From Ginglymostoma cirratum (lineage: Eukaryota): a stretch of DNA of 64,000 nucleotides. Position numbers and translations under genes: made by a program. Below, one piece after another: positions 1-12,740 of this stretch (positions are counted from its first letter, which is position 1; each line of letters opens with the position of its first letter). The notes under the pieces were generated by a model. That model saw only the letters and a program-made list of their open reading frames with translations. It had not been told where the DNA came from and ran no database searches. The DNA is taken from assembly GCA_024137785.1 (NCBI GenBank), contig JAHRHZ010000144.1, positions 19,216,317-19,280,316 of the forward strand. Direction: 5' to 3'.

Positions 1-2135
1 TACCATTGTTGAAAGGGGATTGATGTCCTTAAAGCTAGAGGAGCTAGGAAAGAGATGGAAAACAAGACCTCCAAACTTGTAATCTCAGCGTTACTCCCAA
101 TTCCTCAAACTAATGAGCACAGAATCAAGGAAGGTGTGGTTGGAAAACTGGTGCAGGAGGAAGGTTATTGGATTTGGGACTGGTTCTGGGGCAGGTAAAA
201 GCTACAAATGATGGACAGCTTGCATCTTGCAGGGAGACTTGCTGTGTTCGTGGAGAGGTTTAAATTAGGTTGGCAGGGGTAAGTGAATCTAAAAGCGATG
301 CAGATTCATTGAAAGCAAAACTAGTAAGAGGAAATAGAAAATGAGTAAGTAAATCTAGAAGACAAAGGCTCAATTAAAGGCAGTCTATCTAAATGCACAT
401 CACATTAATTAAAAGGCTAATGATTTGAATGTACAAATTGGGCAAAACAGATATCATTTAATTGCTGTTACCAGGACATGGCAACAGGGTTATAAGGCTG
501 GAAATTGGATAGCCAAGGATACGTACTTTTAGGAGAGACAAACAAAAAGGAAAAGGAAGGTGGACTGGCATTCCTAATAGGGGATGACATTAGCATATTA
601 TTAAGATAGGATCTTCAATCAAAGAGACAGTACTGAAAAATTAGCTGGATTAAGGGCTGTATATCTCCTAGAACAGCTTCATTACAATGTTAAAAGGAAG
701 TCACTACCAAGACAATGGGTGAAGTTGTTGTTATCTTTCCTCCTATAGGTTCCGAAAAAATTTCTATTGACTGTAAGGTGGCAAATGTAAATCCACTACT
801 TTAAGAAAGTAGGAAGAGGGGAACAGACTTGTTGGCTTGACTGTTGGAAAAATGTTAGAATCTATTTGAGATGAACATTTAGAAAAGAGTGGTAAAATTG
901 GGCATCAACAGTATGTATTTATGAAAGGAAAACCAACTTTGATAAACTGGACTGTTTTTCAGGATATTTCTTCTAGAATTGAAAGACAAAACAGTGGACG
1001 TTGTGTAGAAGATTTCTGATAAGGGTCCCCACGCAGGTTAGGATATAAAATTCGAGCAATTCAATACGACTGAGAATTAGATAACTGACAGAAATCAAAG
1101 AACAGTAATAAGCTATTCTTCTCAGAATGGCAGACCATGATGAGTGGGGGTACCAACAGGGTCAGTGATTCATACACAACTGTTCAAAATGTATATAAAC
1201 AATTTGGACGTGGAGGCAAATTGTAATGTTACCAGGTCTACTAATGGCACCAAACAGATTGGGAACGCAAGTTGTGTGGAAGGTGCAAAGAGTCTTCAAG
1301 AGGGATTGGCAGGCTAAGTGAATGAGACAGAATGTGGTTGATTGAATGTAATCTAAATTAGTGTGAAGTTATTCAAAAATTTAAAAAAAGTTATTCACTG
1401 TGTTTGGAAAAAAAGGGAGGAATATTTCTTAAATGGAAAGATGTTGGAACTTGCAAGTGTCCTTGTCCCTGAGTCATTAAGTCCTAGCATTCAGGTACAG
1501 CAAGCGACTAGGGAGGCGTATGGAATGCTAGCTTTCATTTCAAGGGGATTTGAAGATAGAAATGACGACGAACAGGGTGTTGGTGAGGCCACACCTGGAG
1601 TACTGTTTAAAGCTTTGGTCTCTTTATCTAAAGAAGAATAGGGAATACCATGGAGGATGTTCAACTGAAGTTCACCAGATTAATCCCTGAGATAGGAGGA
1701 TTGTTTTAAAAGAAGAGACTGAGAAAATTGGGTCTTATTTCTTAGAGGTTTCTAGAAATGAGGAGTGATTTTGTTGAAACTTATTGAATTTGTACAGGAC
1801 ATGACAGGGTCAATACAGACAGGATGTCTCCTCTGGTTGGTGACTCTAGAACCTGACAACATGATCTCAGGATACTGGGTAGGCATTTCAAACTGAAATG
1901 AGGTGGTATTTCTTCAATCAAAGGTGGGTAAATCATTAGAATTCTCTATCACAAGGGAGTGTGGAAGCTGAATCATTCAGTATGGTCAAAGCAGAATTAG
2001 TTTCTGGAAACTAATGACACTTAGGGATTTGGAGAGTGTGGGAAATTGGCATTGAGGATGTGATCAGCCATGATCCGGTGTGGTCGGGCTGGCTTGATGG
2101 ACTGAATGGCTTACCCCTGTTCCTTTATTCCTATT
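1..2135 (+). mobile_element. CR1-clade LINE relic (ORF1 esterase tail, APE endonuclease, RT, 3' tail), decayed and internally deleted
   Basis: CR1 ORF2-like peptide QVQQATREAYGMLAFISRGFE (1363-1641); WKVANVTPLFKK-like stretch near 770-810; CR1 3' tail GATCAGCCATGATC...GAATGGCTTACCCCTGTTCCT at ~2062-2135; many stops/frameshifts. Confidence 0.9.
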
Positions 2136-3527
2136 CCAACGTTGTGAAAGGAGAAACAGTGAAAAGTAATAAAAGGTACAATTAATCTTTTGTAGCCCCA
2201 ATGATGTTTTCTGACATCAGCCAAATGGGATATGGTACTCATATTAGCTCTGTTGACACAGAGCTGAAGATGTAGCAAAGTGAAGTTTTAACATCAAGTA
2301 GCAATAGTGGTTTTCCATCACATGATTTAGTTAACAAAAGTTCAAACCGTTATTACATAGAATTGTTTTATTGATAGGATCTTAAATTTCTTGCAAGCAG
2401 GACTTTAAAACAAGAAATGGGAATGAGAGAAGAGAGATAGTAAAGAGAATAAGTGGAGTAAGAAGGGGTGGTTAAGTAGGAGAGCGGGAAGAGAAAGGGA
2501 AAAAAAATGGGAAAGGCAGGTTGGGGGGTAGGTGGATGGAAAGGAGGGGAAGAACAACTATGGACAGAGTATTGATTTAAATCTGGGAAACACCAGCAGG
2601 GACTTTCTCTCAGCTGGCAGTCTCTCATTCAGAGCTAGCTAACAAAACACCGCAAACTATTTTACTCCATCTATTCCAGGATTCTTTCTGACTAAATAGC
2701 AGAATCACAAGTGGACATATATGCGAAGCTACATCAGTTGATGGGGCATACACAAACATTAGACCTTGTTTGCTTTTGTTATGTGAAGTGATTCCAATAC
2801 TATCGCTACCCAACTCTTCCTTCTAATGTTTTGAGTCCTGGGATTTGTAATTAGAAGTTACAGAGTGCCACTACAGAACCATTTGAGAATGCCACTGAGC
2901 AGAATTCATGCAGTCTACGATTTGAAATTTTTAGCTTTGATCAGCGTCAAATTCTTTTCAGACCAACATAACTGGGTTCCTTTGGCTAGGCCCTTTGACA
3001 TGATAAACTCCTGTGTTTGCTTTCATGTTGGAATGCTGGGAGCTTGAACTAAATGGGGTCATGTCTGCAAACTTCAAATAAACGTCCACAAATCAATTGC
3101 TTCAGTTCGTCTCCTTTGTGCAAGATTGCACATTTGAAATGAACATAAATCTCAAAATAGGTAAGTTGCGTGGGATATTAAGCTATGTGCTTAAAAATTC
3201 AGTTCAAAAAATTCTTCACTAGCAGCGAATGAAAGCAGTTAACACGTGATTGCATCAAGTCAGGGTTGGTTTAAAACTTCAGCAATGTTTGTTTTAAGGA
3301 GTTAGAAAAATGCAACCAATTGTTAACTAGTGAAATTGGTAACTAAGAACGATCCCCTCATAGCACAGTCGAACAAAAACCTGAGATTTTATATCAGCAT
3401 CTTCCATACTTAAACATATTGCCTTCCAGGTGACTAATATTTGGTGTATGTTTTTTATTTTCCTCATTGTAAGGGGAGTACATGATCACAATTAGGAGAT
3501 CTATAATTATTAAAATGAACACAAAAA

Positions 3528-3624
3528 CCATTTCTGAAGGGTCTAGGCCCGAAACGTCAAGCTTTCCTGCTCCTCTGATGATGCTTGGCCTGCTGTGTTC
3601 ATCCAGCTCCACACCTTGTTATCA
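3528..3624 (+). mobile_element. Solo Penelope-like pseudo-LTR fragment with damaged hammerhead motif
   Basis: Reverse-complement match to 32621-32720; TTTCTGAAGGGTCTAGGCCCGAAACGTC lacks 3 nt of the CTGAAGA core. Confidence 0.85.
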
Positions 3625-4249
3625 CAAAAATGATGCACTTTCAGGCTTCTTCAATTGGTTGGATTGGCTTCAGTTTTGTGAACCCAGCAATTGCTCCTCA
3701 TATTCCACAGTTTATTGAGCACAGCAACACCAAAGAATGGCCATTTGGATTACAAAAACTGTTCCTTTTACAATATGACCCGTGACATACTGAACACAAC
3801 CTATCTAATGCTCTCCAGTCAGATATTGCAAAGATGCTCCCTTCCTTGAAAAGTAAGCAAGTAAAAAAACAGAATATCTAAAACTTAAATTTTCACCTGT
3901 GACCAGTCATTTTTCTTTCAATATTTGTGTCAGTTCAGGGATCATCGCACTGCTTACCTGTTTAGAAACTGCAATTGCAAAGCACTCTCACAAAAAAGCA
4001 GATCTTTCTTCTTCAACTATTGCAGAAAGTGAAATAAAAAAGAGACCTGCTAGAAACATCAGACTTCAGACACACAAGTCTGATTACACCAGTTCCCAGC
4101 TGTAAGTACAAATGTTCAGTGGTGCACTGATTTCCAAGAATAACACGTTTAAAATGAGAACTTTAAAACAAATTCATTGTATGAAGCATATCAAAATTTT
4201 TCATCAAAACCTTAATAACCTAAATTTCTTAGGCACTGCTCAGTCACTT

Positions 4250-5150
4250 GTAAACAGTGACTGGTTCAAGACTAAAATCACCACTGTGCAACCTGTTACT
4301 CAAGCCAAGAATAGAGATCCAACTGAGAAAACTCTCAACATGCTTACAGCCTCTCGAAATACAGTCCAACAAGCCATTAGACAGTGTACTAATGGCTAAA
4401 CCTTTCCGAGAATATTCAAATGTCCCTTGACACAGTGTGGGTAGCAATGAAGGAATCATTATGCTAATGGGCCCATCAGCAAACAAAATGGCTCTAGTGA
4501 AAAAGTCACCACTAACTGCAATACACATTTGGAGAGTTGGTGAATCACTGAGTTGTACTTAAGGGAGATCACCATCACTGAGGAATCTCGGCAACGTAGT
4601 AAACTTGCCTGTTGGAGCAGAGCTATATACTCATACTCAGAGTAGAGAAGCTTAGGAGAATTACCACGGGCAAAGTTCTTGGTGTAGATACTCTGCCACC
4701 CAAACCCTTCAAGCTCAGGAAGCTGGCAGTTCTACATCACCTACACAAGCTTCTTCATCCCTGCTAGAGGAAGGGTGCAGTGCCCCAGAATGTACATGAT
4801 TGACATTGCAACTTTCTACAAGATCAACATATATTAACTTCATAGATTTCACTATGATAGTGCACCATGAGCAGAGATTGTCTGCCTAAAGATGCTGGAG
4901 AAGAGTGGCTACTGTAACCAAACCAGAGTTGACAGAAAAGCTGTTCAAACTTGTCTGATATCCAAGAAAAAGAAGTGTCAAATCGTCAACAGTTTTGCTA
5001 CACTGATGCTGGCGAGTTAGCATTTCATACTGAGGAAAACTTATAGGATAGACGCTCACATACATATAACTGATTTGATCATCAGCTCAGGAACACACGT
5101 GCCAGAGGATAAATTGTTGCTATCTTATGCTAGTACTGTGATATTTGCAT
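4250..5150 (+). mobile_element. Highly decayed RTE-like non-LTR retrotransposon RT relic
   Basis: Ordered remnants resembling non-LTR RT motifs: VQQAIRQCTNG (cf. EI..AI..LKNGK), EGIIM, NCN...(R)EIT, and YINFIDF..YDS at ~4831-4862 (cf. YINFIDFxKAFDSV). Confidence 0.45.
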
Positions 5151-7829
5151 TGTCCACAAAACTGCATGAAAACATAACATTCTTCCCCTTTGCAAAAATG
5201 ATTTAGCAAACCTTTAAATAATTAACTTTTTCTTCTTTTATAGAAATAAGTTTAATTTTAACTATGAGCTGTCAAAATTACAAACCATCATATAGACAAC
5301 TCAATTACGAGTGTTATCCAGTTCACTTTTACGTTTTAGGGATGGTCCATTGTCTAGTCAACCTGGTGCGTCGCGCCAACATGATGCCCTGTTTAATATA
5401 AAACTAATACTTTTTCAAGGCAATGAAATACTTAATATGGAATGCATGACTAGCACCAGATTATCACCACTACATAAAATCAGGATTTTGGACTCCAATA
5501 TTCACTAGATTCTATATCCACTTCTCGCAGGTACCTGAACCTCTCAGATCTGAATCAGCAAACAATTTTATTCAGAAGCCATAGCCAGGATCCCATCACA
5601 ATTAAGACCATGAAACGTATGATCAACTGAAGCATACCATGTCTTGTTTTATGATGTTAAACCATCAGATGCCAAATGTTGGGGAAGCAATAGTACATCC
5701 TTAAAATTCTTTGTGAGATTTTGCTAATCTTAGCAGGAAAATCAACTTATATTTGCCGAGCAAGCTTAAATAAATGGTTACAGATTTAAATATCTGTAGT
5801 TACAAGGAACAGTTACCTAACACAAAGGCATTCTACTTTAGCCCTGAGCATCTAAGCACAGTACTCTGACTGACGATGGGTTATCACAAAATCCATTACC
5901 AACATTGTACTCAGATCTTCAACAAATTATTGCTCTATTCCTGGCCATCTCCCACTTCTTTTGAGTTCTTACTTGCAATTCCCTTTATAGTCATTCTCTA
6001 AGTTTCACAGTGGCACCAGGGAAACTACTGTGCACAGACAATACTGGCACCATGTATTAAAGCAGAACAATAACAGGCAGACAAACGTAAGACAGGGTGG
6101 TATCATAACTATCAGCAATACTGTATATTCTTTGCTGCTGACTAAAGTTCCACAGAAAACATTAACTGGAAAAAATAGGTTCGCTTAGACATGTCCAGGC
6201 TGGCTAATTGAAGAACAAGAACTGTCGAGTCCAAAATTCAAATGCATGTGAAAGAGATATGTCACTTTGGTTTGTTGTGCAACTTCCTGCAACAGTCACA
6301 TGTGGAGGCTTGAATGTCATGGAGCATATCTGCCTACCTTGGTGACAAAATTATGCAGACAGTCGACCAGCTTTACAGGTTGGAAAATAAATTAGAGGAA
6401 TGTGATTCTTGAGAGGTAGTTTTAAACAAGTCAAGAGGATAAATGAAAGAAGGAATGAAAGGAATAAACTTTATAAACATTTGCTTTTGTTCCTTTTAAA
6501 TAAAAAGAAACCCTGCGCTTTTGCGGACCTTCTTTACTACTGCAATTTTGTTTGTGATAAAGTTTTCAAAATGACACTGTAAAAGTGTTCAGTGCACCAA
6601 TTTGTTACTCACTTAAACACAGCTTCACTATAAATGATAAGTAAACATTATACAGCATTGAAGATAACTATTTAAAGAACTGATTGAAAAGCAAGATGAT
6701 GCTGAGGCCTTCATTTCAAGCTCACTGACATTGTAATTGCACAGCTGCACAGCATATGAACATTTTCAATGAATTTGAAACAAACCTGGTTGTACAAAAA
6801 TTTCAATTTGTAAACTGTTTGTTGCGAAATAGTAAATGAGCAGATTTCAAACTGGGAAACAGAAAATGGTACACGTTAAACAAAGCCAAACAATTACTGG
6901 AAGAAATGATAACAATTTGCTTGCATCAATAAAGTGTTTTCAATATTGAAACCAATTGTTTCTTAAAGATGCAAGGAGAAATCATGAAGGATAACTAAAT
7001 GCTTTGACAAAGAGTTGTGTTTTGTGCTAAGTTTTAAAGATGATGAAAGTAGTGGCGCACGTGATATCCATTTGTAATCAAATATATATCAGAATTGGGG
7101 GTTGAAATTTTAATTTGGTGGACCATTTACACAAAATAAAACCCCACTTATGTTCTCCATCTCTCTGGCACTCATTCACTCATCCAGCCAACAGTTTGGA
7201 TTGGATCCAAATCCCAATTTACCATAGTTAGGGAGGGGCAAACTTAAATTTTCAAATTATACTAGCAAATGGCTCTTAGGATACAAACGCAATTCTCAAA
7301 TGTCGAGTAGTCAATGCAAAATTAAGTAAAAATGTGAAATTCTAATTGGCCTTCATGAATTATTTTACACAACCATGTGCACACATGAACAGGAAGTTTA
7401 ATTACTCTTGGTTATTGCAATATAATCTTGGCAGAGAAAACACTTCAATTAGTATTAAGTTTGCAATTTCACCTGCGGTTTTAGCTGTTCAATTGGTTAG
7501 CAATATTATTGTGCTGACATAAAACCAAATGAACTTTTACAGTTACAGTTATTTTAATGGCAAACAAATGTACCATTTTAGTAATTCTCCCTGAAGACTA
7601 ACAATTTTCCTAACACTTATATCAAAATGCATTATGAATTTATTGGCTGCACATGACTAAGTTTTAAAAGGACTAAAATAGCAGCTGTGAAGATCGTCAT
7701 TAATTCAGATGGCTTTTGTAATTTCTGCAGAGATTCAGAATTATATCATGCCTCCAAAATTTGTAAACTGAATAGCCACAGCTGGGATTCATTCACTACT
7801 TTCAATATTCTCTCCCTTTGCTATTGATG

Positions 7830-7990
7830 CAAAATGGCAGTACGTACGGTCCACGAACTGCTCCGCAACAATTCAGTAAGACTCCAGCAAAAGTACCTTT
7901 GAAACTCAAACTCTACCACTTAGATGGAGAAGGATAGTGGATGCATGGGAACATGTTGGAGTTTCTCTCAAGCTACACATCATCCTGTAG
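7830..7990 (+). mobile_element. Decayed 3' fragment of a shark CR1/L2-type LINE
   Basis: CTCTACCACTTAGA...GCATGGGAACA...CAAGCTACACATCATCCTG resembles a common elasmobranch LINE 3' region (recalled, not searched). Confidence 0.45.
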
Positions 7991-8377
7991 GGTCTACTGA
8001 AAATATTGAGCCTTCTTTCAAGACTGTGAATTCCCATCTAGTTAAAGCAGCAGCTCCAGTATCATCTTACAGGGGTTTAAAATGCTCATTCCTGCAATGG
8101 AGGAACTGCTGCATACAGACCCTAGTGCCCACACCTACAAAAATGGCTGGAAATAAGAATAGTGAAAAGAATCCCAGAATTGGGTTCCACATGTCTTTGT
8201 TACATCCAGCCTGACTGGGTGAAAACCTGAGCTTTCATCCTCCATTAAGAAAACTGACTGCCTGCCACCCAATACTTTCACACAATAATGCATCTAAGAA
8301 AAATATAAAACAAGGATGCTTCTTCAACATCAGTATTTTCTGTAGAATTTACAACATCAAGCTATAACAATACACAG

Positions 8378-8662
8378 ATACTACAGAATCTCTAAGTGTA
8401 GATAGTGGGCCAAATGGCCCACTGATTCTGCATTGACCCATCAAAGAGCATTCCTCCCCACTGTGACCCGATACCCAGAACCCCACATTTCCCATAGCTA
8501 ACCCACCTAGCCTGCAGATCTTTGGACTGTGGGAGGAGATCAGAGCACCTTGTGGAAACCAGGAGAGAATGTGCAATCTCCCACACAGACAGTTACCCGA
8601 GGGTGAAATCATACCTGGGTCCCTGGTGCTGAAAAGCAGCACCATTAACCACTGTGTCGCCT
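8378..8662 (-). mobile_element. HE1-like tRNA-derived V-SINE
   Basis: Minus strand starts GCGACACAGTGGTTAATGGTGCTGC...CAGGGACCCAGGTATGATT (A/B box remnants); V-domain CTCCCACAGTCCAAAGAT; homologous to four other copies in the window. Confidence 0.9.
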
Positions 8663-9529
8663 CGAACAATTTGTTGCTGTTATTACTGCCAGTGCAAAAA
8701 TTCAAAAGAACACATACTCAGCAGACAACCTAATCTGACTAGACCTCTTTCATAGTCTCATACAGAATTAAGCTGCTAGGAAAGTAGTACAGTACGTCAT
8801 ATAGGAATATTAGCCCCATCCGTCTTCTAATGTTAAAAACAATTTTTAAATCAGTTGAGTGTTTCTACTCAGTTTTCAATTAAACTGCAATCCTGGATCT
8901 CCCGAGGTGTGGCAATTATTGTTAGATAGCTCCTCCACTTCAACTTTGCACAATCCTGAACGTGCACCATGTTTCTTGCGGTGTCTTCACAGTCAGCTTC
9001 TCCAGAAATGTGGAGCACACTCTGTCAGCATTGTAAAGTTAGGGAAGACATTAGCTGCCATATGCCACATTTAAAGAGCCAGAGTGAATGCTGGTGAATG
9101 GCAGCCCTGATGTAAGCTAGTGAATGGATGAGTGGGTAAATGAGTAAGGTGAGCAGGGTAGGCAGGCGAAGTGGGTAGAGTGGGGTAGGTGCGCGTCATA
9201 TGGGTCAGCAGTACGTAACCAGTTTGAGGGGGACGCAGCTCATTATGGTAGATAGGGTTGCTTCTGAAGTGAGCTTTAAATGGAAAAGGTGATTTCAATG
9301 GCTTTGGTATTCTATCCACAAAACAGCCATTAGCTTGTCTTCAAAGTGTATTAGCTGCCTCCATGAGGTTTCCAACATGTTTATCTCCTCTTCCAAATAA
9401 GGAACTGGCGTACATGCTGATTCCAACATTCCACTTCATGTGCTGACACTGAGATTTTGAAACACTGATTGCTTCTGGATCATTCGAAAGCGTTGTGGAT
9501 TAAAAGTCAACAATCCCCCGATACCCAAT

Positions 9530-10295
9530 GACCCATGTTCCAGTGTCCGAAAAGAGCACACTGCAAAGATAAGAAATGCAGTGGTTATGACTTTCAAATT
9601 TCCCTAGATTCCAGAAAAGTCCCAGTAGATTTTAAGTTAGGAAATGTAACATTATTCAACGAGAGTGGGGAATGGAACTACTGGCCAGTTTGGTTGGTGG
9701 GTCAACAGAAAACGTACAATGAAAGAAGTCGTCTTAGCAATGTAGCTGGAAAATCATAGCAAAATCTGAAATTAATCGAAGGGAAATCGCATTTGAGAAA
9801 TTTAATATAGATAATGAGTGGGTAAAAAGGGAGCCTGACGTGATGTGGTCAGTTTTAAGTCTCCATATCTAAGGGAAAAATTATTTGCCTTTGAGATGGA
9901 CAAACTGGATTAGTTCCTGTGATGAGAGGTTGAGTAAACTGGATCTCTACTCTCCAGAGTTGAAAGGAATGAGAGATGACTTCATTGAAACATACAAGAT
10001 TCTGAAGGAGCTTAACAGGATCGGCACTAAGAGGTCGTTTCCTCGCTTGAGGAATCAAGAACTCAAGGTCACAGGGGCAGGAATAGCAATTATTTGGGAC
10101 TCGGTAAGAAGAAATTTTTTCAGAGAAATTAGAACAGTCCACTGAAAAGGGCTGCGTTTTCTTTTCCATTAACAAATTACAGAATCAAAGTCTATGGGGA
10201 ATTAGCAGAAAAATAGATTGAGGCAGTTCAATATAATATGTTGAATGGTACAGCAGTCTCAAATGGACGATGCGGTCTTCCATTTCTTATGCTCT
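9530..10295 (+). mobile_element. CR1 LINE fragments (RT and 3' end)
   Basis: FQISLDSRKVPVDFKLGNVTLF (9535-9759) and ERLSKLDLYSPELKGMRDDFIETYKILK (9885-10145) are CR1 ORF2 motifs. Confidence 0.85.
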
Positions 10296-10626
10296 TCTCA
10301 CTTGAGAGTAAAATAATTTGTAGGTAAGCACATTTCAAAAGTACAGCACCACAAAGTGCTATTTGTAACAAACAGCTCCCCACAAAGTTACTTCTGTTCA
10401 CTAATCTTTACAAAAAGGTATTTCCTTAATGGCTTACCCACTGAAACAGTGAATAGTTCAGTCAAATGGACCAGGAAGGTCCAAGATTCTAATTCCATTT
10501 TACACCCAGTGAATTTATCCCCATTGAAGGGCATCACCATTGATTTGTCTCCTTGCATTAGGAAGCACAACACTAATTACAGTTCCTCTACTCCCATTCT
10601 TATGTAGTAACGTTTGCTTGAACGCT

Positions 10627-10663
10627 CGTGTGCGTGTGTGTGCGTGTGTGTGCGTGTGTGCGT
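10627..10663. repeat. (GT)n/(GTGTGTGC)n microsatellite
   Basis: CGTGTGCGTGTGTGTGCGTGTGTGTGCGTGTGTGCGT seen directly. Confidence 0.95.
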
Positions 10664-12139
10664 AGATATTAGTTTGGAAAGGACTAATTCAAGCTTGGTT
10701 TTGATGTTCTCATCCACCAAAAAGCCTCTATAGATAGCCTTCAGCTAACCTCAATGTTATATCATTGTTGTATTTCCATTTCCAACAGAGGCAGCTTCTT
10801 GCTTTTCAAATGGCTATAATTTTAGTATGAAAAATTCAAAGTGTAAACGAACACAATCAATTTAATTCTGTTTTATGTATGTACATTTAAAGAACTAGTT
10901 GGAGCTGTCATTTAGAAATAGCAAGAATTTCAGTTTTCACTATTTATTCCAAGGACATTCGCACGAACTTGATTTGTCCGTTAAGTGCAGTAGCCAGGAT
11001 AACTGAAAAATGTATATATTACTTTATGAGAGGTGCCCATGCACATCTTAGAATTATTCAACTCCAAAACCCTTGTACTAAACTGTTCCCAGACCATGAG
11101 AACAGGAAAAAGATTAAATCTAAATAACTTTATATGAAAGGCAAGCTTGTGAAGTTCCCAGAGTCTTACTTGTGGGAAAGTTTCCATGGTTTCAGGATCA
11201 ATTTCTATTTGCACGGTGTTTTGCCTCCTCTAACCTAATGTACAATATAATGAGTTTATAATCCTTGTACACAACTTCAGATGTCAAACCACAGGTATTA
11301 AATGTTGAGGCGGGTCAGTTCAAGTATTTGGCAGGCCTTATTGCAGATGAACACTGCCATCCCTTAATGTGATTACTGCCTGCCGCACTTCTGAAATCTC
11401 CAACTAAATGCTGCTGAAATATTCAGCTTTGACCTCAAAGCCACTCTTTAGTGGTTGTAGCAGATAACACAATTGAGAAAAAAAACCCCGAAATCATACT
11501 CTGAGATGTCTCAGTCCCTCACTCCCAGATAGTTGAATAGCCTGTGGTTATGAATAGCCGGTCAGAAATCATCAGACCTCTGGAAAGGAAGGTGATGCCC
11601 TTTCCTCTACAGTAAGAAAGAAAAACACCTCAAGCATGGATAGAGCCAGCATTTCCCCTCATCAGGCACTGTAAGCTGTGACTTTTAATTAACGAGTCAG
11701 AGATTTTACAAGTGTGAACCCGTCGCTCTGTGCCTACTGCAAACAAGTGCAAGTACCTGGAGTAGGAAGATCAAGGAGCAGCAAGTCTTTGTAAGTTGAA
11801 AGGATCATTTCTGCAAATACTGTGCACAGGGACCATTGAACTGCTCTCCCAGTCTTCTCCTCTGCCCATAACATCCATTTCTGGTGACTGTTTTATACAG
11901 GAGTTGGCATTCTACTACATAGAATTATAAGTCAATAAGTCAATACCTGCTGCCAGAATTTCTTTGTAATAAATAGTAATCCTTGGAAAGTGTAGAAATT
12001 AGGTCTGCTCTGTCAACATAGGTCTAAAAGTCAACTAAAATTGAGGAATTTTGCTTAGTTCTATAAAATCTGTAATGTGTGTAGTAACTTTGAGACCAGC
12101 GGGGCTTGATTTTTAGTGCACCATCCTGGTTAATGAATA

Positions 12140-12740
12140 ATTTTGTTGTCACATGTATTTTACAGCAAAATAGAATACAATACAGTGAAAAGCTTTCATT
12201 TGTCACCATAAACTATCAAAATGGCGCCGGTTTAAGATTAAGAGAAAATGAAGATATATAGTTTAGAGAGAAGTTCAAGTTCTGAGCCAGCTCAGAATGT
12301 CAGAGTCGCCGATCCTTGGATGCTATCTTTCACCATTGGGCTGATTCACCTTCGCTGAGTGCACCAACTTTGGAGTCTATTGCTGTGGTCTATCCTGCCA
12401 TGGTGCTCTCCTGCCACCGTGAGTGCCAGATGAAGTAGCCGATCCTCAGGCACCATTTTTTGCTGCTGGGCCTACCTTGCTGACCTCGCGTCAGGGCTGG
12501 GCTCTCCTCGCACAGTCTCACCGCTGCCACCCATGCTTGAGAGGCCGGGCTGCCTCTCCCCCTGCTGAAGTTGCTGAAAAATGTTTTTAAAGAGGAAATC
12601 AAAGACAAAAGAAAAAGAGCAAAAGGTAAAAAAAGGAAAAAAAACAAAAAACAAAAGAAGGCAAATCAAAGTGGTCAAGCCCCAGACTAGGAGCTCAAAG
12701 GCAGCATTACTGCTCCACTGCAATTTTGACAGCCGACCCC
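12140..12740 (-). mobile_element. Probable non-autonomous non-LTR-derived repeat (Rex1/Babar-like ends)
   Basis: TTTTGTTGTCACATGTA...TACAGTGAAAAG end, GC-richer body retaining CpGs and an A-rich tract at 12590-12660; family assignment from memory only. Confidence 0.35.

Noticed and set aside
4372-4397. AGCCATTAG-N8-CTAATGGCT hairpin
   Set aside because: A 9-bp stem is expected by chance in 64 kb, and it lies within a probable RTE relic.
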